Assembly (NCBI GenBank): GCA_001179505.1
Contig: CDMY01000440.1
Coordinates: 1 to 64,000 of the forward strand
Source: Vitrella brassicaformis CCMP3155
Taxonomy: Eukaryota; Protista; Chromerida
Direction: 5' to 3'
Length of the DNA stretch: 64,000 bases
This document shows, piece after piece, positions 57,989-64,000 of this stretch (position 1 is its first letter; each line of letters begins with the position of its first letter). Below the pieces are notes generated by a model that saw only the letters and a program-made list of their open reading frames with translations, was not told where the DNA came from and ran no database searches. The translations under genes and the position numbers were made by a program.

Positions 57989-60110
57989 ATGGATGTGGAG
58001 AAGAAGCTGGAGCTGTCGCTTGACGACCTGATAGCCAAGGAGGGCCGAGGGAGAGGGCGAGGGCGAGGCGGCTCGCGAGGCGGCATGGTCGGTGGTGGGA
58101 GGGGCAGTGGATCTGGCGGCAGGGGTGGTGGTGGAGGTGGTGGCGGCAGTGCGATGGACGTCGACATGACCGGCGGCGGATATGGGCCGCAGAGGAGAAG
58201 CAGGGGAGGAGGAGGCAGACAGAGCGACAGATTCTCCCCCTACCAGAACGGTTCGTGCGCACACAAACGGTGAACGAACAGGCAAACAGCATTGTGTGTG
58301 TATGTGTGATGCCTGGTTGAGTGGGTGCAGGTGTCGTGCGTGGCTCAGGAGGGCGGGGCGGTCGAGGCGGCGGTCGAGGTGGCGGCTTCGCGAGCCAGTC
58401 GCAGGCGCACAGCTTCCAGAATGGCGTGGTGCCCGACCGGCTCCTGACGTCGAGTGTGTTCGTGTCGAACGTGCCGCAGTGCAAGGCTGGCGACCTCCGC
58501 AAACACATGGCATCCGTCGGCACCGTCGCAAACGTCAACATGCTCTACTCCAGCGGCGGACAGTTCATCGGCAGCGCGTAAACGACCCACACACACATAC
58601 AAGAGTGGCTGGCATCATGGTGGTTGTGGAGTATTCTTGTGTCATGGTGGGTGTGTGGTTCAGTGTCGTTGACTACGCGACCTTTTCCGACGCGAAGCGA
58701 GCGATCGGTGAACTGAACGGCACCACATTCAGAGGAAGCACCCTCGCCGTGCGGGAGGTAAGGAGGCCAACGTCATCGGTTAACCAATCTGCCCCCCTCC
58801 CTCTGTCTCTCTCTCGGTGTATGTGTGTGTGTGTCGCGGCCTGTGTCATCAGAACAACCCCGACAAGGACAGGACGTTCCACACTGCCCCCATGGTGGCC
58901 GGCGGCGCCCCCCCTGCCCTCCGAGGCGGCCGTGGCGGCATGGGCGGCCCCCCCGGCGGCATGCAGCGCCAGTTCCCCGCGCCACACATCTACCCCGCAC
59001 CAGCCGGACCGCAGAACGTCAACATCGGCGACAGACAAGTGCTCATCTCGGGGGTGAGCGACCGAGCCGAGCGAGCCACGGGGGAGGGAGGGAGGGGGGG
59101 GCCATGGGCATGGGCAGCGGGGAACGGAACGGGCCTTTGTGTGCATGGCATGTGTGTCGCGTGTGTGTGCGTTGTGTCGACCAGATCCAGGGAGTGGTGT
59201 CATGGCAGGATGTGAAGGACGCCTTCAAGACAGCTGGTGAGGACTATGTATGGGACGACAGACACGACGGGCGGGGCGCCGGCCGACACGACGGCTGCTC
59301 TGCCGTGCGTGCTGCCCTCAGTGTTGACATTCGTGGGGACAGAATGATAAATATGATACGAAGGATAGCTTGCTTGATTAGATCAGTGCATAAATAGCTA
59401 GACGATTTGTGCGCTGGTGGATGGATGGATGGCTGGGTGGGATGGATGGGATGTGTGGGTGGAGGGATGGGTGTGATGGTCGGGGGCATGTTGGTTGGTT
59501 GGTTGGCTGGGTCGGTGTGTAGGTGAAGTGGAGTTCGCGGACATCCTCAAGGACAGCTGGGTCAGCTCAGCCACCACACACAACACACACACACAACACA
59601 CACACACACACACAGCACAGACACACAATGCTCCCTCTCTGTGTGCCTGTTGATCAATCAGGGTCAGCCGACGGGCAAGGCGATTGTGCGCTACCGAAAT
59701 GCAGCCGACGCACACCGGGCTGTCAGTAAGTGCAGCAAACTCACAACACGACACACCACACCACGGGCAGACAGGCCGTTCCTCCGTGTCTAATTCCGTC
59801 CATTTGGGCCCCCCCGTGGCCGTCGACGGTTTCGCTCTCGGAGGATACCGACACACCACACACCCCGCCCCCACCAGACTGGTCTCTGTGTGCGGAGAGA
59901 GATGAGAGAGAGGGCCCGGTGTGCACAGACCAGATCAGACCAGATCAGATGCCGTGTGTGCTGGTGTCCGTGCGGCCCGGCCGGGAGGCTGTAGTGTGCA
60001 ATCATCCGTGTCTTCTTTTGTCTGTCTTGTGTTGTACTGTGTGTGCAGATGAGTACAACGGGGGTCAGCTGAACAACAGGGCCATCCAGGTGCAGATCGA
60101 CAGAGTGTGA
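57989..60110 (+). CDS. Two-RRM RGG-box RNA-binding protein, GBP2/hnRNP-M-like, paralog B
   Basis: MDVEKKLELSLDDLIAK plus RG/RGG tract. RRM1: SVFVSNVP...QFIGSA|VVDYATFSDAKRAIGELNGTTFRGSTLAVRE. RRM2: RQVLISG|IQGVVSWQDVKDAFKTAG|EVEFADILKD..GQPTGKAIVRY....AHRAV|NEYNGGQLNNRAIQVQIDRV* (SWQDLKD-F motif typical of GBP2). Confidence 0.88.
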
Positions 60111-61727
60111 CTGACGCCTCTGAACGACCGACGGACCGACAGAGCGAGGAGACGGAGGACTCATCAAGACAGAGACGGACAGACAGAGGCGCACAGAAAG
60201 GCCGTATGTTGGTGTAAGTGTGATCCCGCCCTCCCACTGGAGCGAGTGTGGTACGTGCCATCCCACAGACTGACGTGAGGGGGAGGGAGGTGTGTGCGGT
60301 GGTGAGAGCGTGGTGAGTGAGTGAGTGATTGATTGATTGCTACGAGTGAGTCTTTTAATTTCCACCTGCTGGCTGGCTGCCGGCTGGCTGTCACTGGACG
60401 GACGGCACATGCAGCACAGAAAGATTAGGGTGTGAGAGTGAGGGTGAGAGTGAGAGATTGCCCTGCCTGCATCAGACAAACCTTCACGTCTGCCTCTGTC
60501 TGCCTGCCTGCGTCATCGCACTGCGGGTATCGGTTTAGGCTGTGTGGGTGCGCATGGAATTGATAATTAGCCGTGATGGTATGTATGTTGGTCGACACGG
60601 TGAGGGGGTTGATGACAAAACATCTATCCATCCAGCGAACCATCCGTCCATCGTCGGCCGTCTCCACGATGCATCTAGGTCAGTCAGGTGGTCTTCACGC
60701 TCACACTCAACTATCTACACACCCATACACACACACACACACACATACATACATACATAATGTATCCAACCAGCTGCGGAGAAAACGATCCCAATATGAA
60801 AGCAGTGAGTGAGTGAGTGAGCCCCTCACGAACGAACCAACGACCCATCCATCCATCCAATGGCATCCAGGCATCCGTGAGATGAGTGAGGCAGGTGCGA
60901 CAGACGTAGTATACACATCAATCACATGACATGACAGGACATGACATGACATGACAGCTGCTCTCGCTGGCTTGAGCAAACTTCCCCGCTCGCTTGCTCA
61001 ATTACATACCCACCATACCACGACAGACACACAAATGCTCTCTCACTCACAGATGCACACCCCGTGCCAGTGGATGGACCGGCCCAGTGATGGATACTCG
61101 GGCTGATGCCAGGCGGCGAACGTCAGCCTCCCAGGGCCATTGAGAAGCCCTGCGGACTGGCGTTGCCGCCCAAGATCGCACCCAACCTCACGGACCGACC
61201 TTCCTCCTTTCAACACAACAACAAGAGCTGCACTCACTCACTCACTCGCGTATTCAGAACCCATCAACCAATAAAAGCTCGCACAACGAGGCATGCAAGC
61301 GCTGCCTCGTCGAGCCTGTCTCGGCGGCCATCCTATGACGCACCTTCACACAAGGCCCCAAACTGACATGCTCAAGCCTGGGACGGCTGAGCGGGTATGT
61401 CAGCGAGGCGGCCTGTGTGGCAGGTGCGTCAATGTCCAGCGCCCGAGCCAGGCCGAGAAGCGGCGTCAATCAACTCAACAACAGTGCGCTCATACATAAG
61501 GTACAGACGACCTTTGTGTCTCTCGCTGCATCAGTGTGCGGCTCATGCTGACCGCCTCGCTGTCTGTCTGTCTGTCTGCCTACCCCCTCTCTTTCTTTCC
61601 CTCTCTCTCCCTCTCTCTCTCTCCGGCGACTACGCAGCTAGCCACTCGTCTGCTATCCTCTCGGCAGCCACCTACCCACCACACACCCCACAATCACTCG
61701 CCCAGCTCGTGGCCGGGGCAGCGTTGG

Positions 61728-63638
61728 TCAGCCGCTGGCAGCGACGGTTGACGCGTCACTGGTCTTCTGTGCGCCGCTGGTGGTTGCGGGTTTGATGAGG
61801 CCCTCCCTCTCGGCCTCGTCGACGCTTTTGACCTTCTCGATGGCCGGCAGGAAACACTGCTTGATGTGGCGCTCCTGCACACACACACACACACACGCAC
61901 ACACACGCACACACACACACACACACGGGGATACGCTCGTGGTGTTGTGTTGTGTTGTGTGGGGGGTGTATGGTGGGGCTGGGTGACCTCGTTTTTGAAT
62001 CGTTCGATGATGGTTGGCGAGTGGAGCATCCTGCGGTTGTTGAAGAAGGCCACGTCGTTGGGCTTCCAGCGCATCACAAAGACGTGCTCAGGCTGCACAC
62101 CTGACACACACACACACACACACACATAGGGTGGAGAAACCCCTGGCTCCACTCCACTCCACTAGCAGCAGCAGCAGCAGCAGCACCCACCTGGTGTGAG
62201 TATCTCGCCCGTCAGCTTGTGTGTCTCTGCCGGCGTCATGGGCCCGTCAGGCCCGATGAAGCGATACAGCGTGTGGTTGCCCGTGTAGATGCTCTTCTTG
62301 CCGTCCTTCGACACGTGCACCAGCTGTGTGCACAAAACACACCACACAACACACAACACACACACCCATCCATCCATCCCCTTTCCCTGTCCCTCTCCCC
62401 TCTCCCACTCACTGGATGCGTGACGTGTCTCTTGGATCGTTCGGTGCCCTCTGCGGCGTGCAGCTGTCTGGTCTCCTCGACGTCGTCGGTGCGGTGTGTG
62501 CCGAACCAGTCGAGCTTCCACCCGTGCACCTGATAGTCGTCCTGCACACACACACGCACACACACACACACACACATGGCGCGTATTGTGAGGCATGTGT
62601 GTGGAGTGAGGTGAGTCGGGTGGCCGCATATATACATAGTATTCGGCCGTCAGCCTGTCGATTTTGGCCTTGACAGCCTCGTCGAGCAGGTCGTAGCACA
62701 CCACCGACGAGGCGAACAACGTCTCGCCGCCCTTCTTGGGGGCTGAATGAATGAATCACTCACGGACACACAACACAAACGTGACGCCACACGCGTGTGT
62801 GTGTTCCATCCAAGTGACTTGACTGACCCTTGATGCAGTGGAGGCAGGACCATATAATGGGCGTCTCGGACCAGGCGATTCCGTCGACATGCCAGGCATA
62901 ACTGACGCACGCGCACAGACAGAGAGGAGGGGTCTGGTGAGCAGCGGCGCCGCATCCCGGCCCGTGCGCACTCACCCTGGGTGGACCACTTTGACGTACT
63001 TCTCCGAAGGCCACACTGAGTTTCGGACCAACGGGTGGTCACTGCACCAAGCCACACACACACACACACACACATGTCAAGGGAGATACGAATCGCGTAT
63101 CGTTGTGTGAGTGAATCGATGCGCACGTGGTATCGAAGTTGTTGCCATGGCCCTTCGCGATGAGCTCCTTGTTGTGCGGCTGCAGGGATGTGATCACATT
63201 GACCTGATCCACTGTCTCGGGGAAATCCTGCACACACACACACACACACACATGCACACAGACAGAAACCACATTACACATGCAGAGAGACCACCTACAT
63301 CTCCCCGCCTGTCGTCTCCGCACTCACCTGCCCATGCACGACGATGACATCATACTTGTCCTGCACACACCACACCACAGACAGACACAGACACAGTCAC
63401 AGTCACAGGCCTGACTGTCTTAAATTCTGCTGGCTGCCTGTTCCACCATGAGGTCTTTGAATGCCTGCATCTGTTGGGCCGACATGTTCTTGAGGTCGAG
63501 GTCCTCGTCCAGCACCTCACACCCAAACCCATGCGGATGCACCTCACGCACTGTCAGACCTCCGACCTGGATGACAGAGGAGGAACCGCCTTCCACCTCG
63601 TCCAGCTTCCTCTTCTTTGCCGTCGAGTCTGTCTCCAT
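61728..63638 (-). CDS. TauD/TfdA-family Fe(II)/2-oxoglutarate dioxygenase, multi-exon
   Basis: LTVREVHPHGFGCEV; HPG|YAWHVDG (HxD); PPKKGGETLFAS....YDLL; HPLVHV...GKKSIY; MRWKPNDVAFFNNRRMLHS (distal His motif, cf. W--GD---WDNR---H). Confidence 0.88.
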
Positions 63639-63683
63639 GACGGGGCAAGGACAAGGCGACACGAGCAGAAAGGCTGTGGAAGG

Positions 63684-63728
63684 AGATCTGCGAAAGCCGC
63701 AATCGCTGCGAGCTTGGCTCGCAGATCT
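63684..63728. promoter_or_regulatory. Palindrome TGCGAGC-TTG-GCTCGCA within a larger inverted repeat upstream of the TauD gene
   Basis: Core at 63707-63723. Outer arms agatctgcga (63684-63693) and tcgcagatct (63719-63728). 70-85 bp upstream of ATG 63638. Confidence 0.58.
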
Positions 63729-64000
63729 GGCGAACACTTCTGCGCATGATGTGGCTGTGGACGGCGCTCACCCTGTCTGCCGCTGGCAGCCCAGCACTAT
63801 CCTCAGCTTTCGTGATCTATCACCGCGTCATCGGCTCTTCACGAAGTCGGGCCAAGCCCTGGCTGCAGATGAGGCCGTCAACAGACACTCAGCAGCAGAG
63901 GAGTGCTGAGAGCGATGCGCCAGCACAGCAATCTGCAGTGGACAGAGATGGGAGGAGGAGGCGGCCGACGGAGCCGCCGAGTCAAGACCCGTTCATCCAG

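Noticed and set aside
63828-63932. Possible last exon (IVLLAHRSQHSSAAECLLTASSAARAWPDFVKSR*) of a - strand gene beyond the window
   Set aside because: Only a short frame with a plausible acceptor; it cannot be supported without upstream sequence.
1-64000. Hundreds of overlapping ORFs in the supplied track, e.g. 47643-49379 (-), 35251-36057 (+), 15993-17273 (-), 53139-54158 (+)
   Set aside because: They are antisense or off-frame shadows of GC-rich exons, or read through (CA)n/(GT)n/(GTCT)n introns (HTHT, CVCV, SVCL runs), with no protein motifs.
1-64000. CRISPR array, rRNA, tRNA, transposase, reverse transcriptase or viral hallmark genes
   Set aside because: No regularly spaced repeat-spacer array and no recognisable RNA gene or catalytic motif. 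The repeats present are microsatellites and segmental duplications. A tRNAscan or Rfam run would be needed to exclude small RNAs.

Overview
Eukaryotic, intron-rich, GC-rich genomic DNA from an alveolate, most likely a chromerid such as Vitrella brassicaformis. This is inferred from an alveolin gene, TTTAGGG telomere motifs and short microsatellite-filled GT-AG introns. The six-frame ORF track is mostly uninformative because genes are spliced, so gene models were assembled by hand from splice signals and protein motifs and exon limits are approximate. Recognisable genes: alveolin/IMC1, family-III CoA-transferase, a ~14 kb polycystin-1/REJ-GPS-like surface receptor, TAF7, an ABCB half-transporter, a J-domain protein with an FGKY motif, a class-3 lipase, TSPO, two GBP2-like RRM paralogs facing head-to-head, and a TauD-type dioxygenase. 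An uncharacterised lineage-specific family with an NLS and an F-box-like motif ('family X') occurs as 5 close copies, 1 fragment and 1 distant relative, several of them decaying. A 7.9-11.5 kb patchwork is built from pieces of neighbouring genes and a truncated metacaspase. Almost all genes are in divergent pairs with 100-400 bp between start codons. These short promoters carry telomere-repeat boxes and a recurring TGCGAGC-N3-GCTCGCA palindrome. One promoter holds an inverted telomere cassette flanked by an 11-bp direct repeat. There are two ~300-N assembly gaps. No rRNA, tRNA, CRISPR or transposase/reverse-transcriptase coding sequence was recognised.
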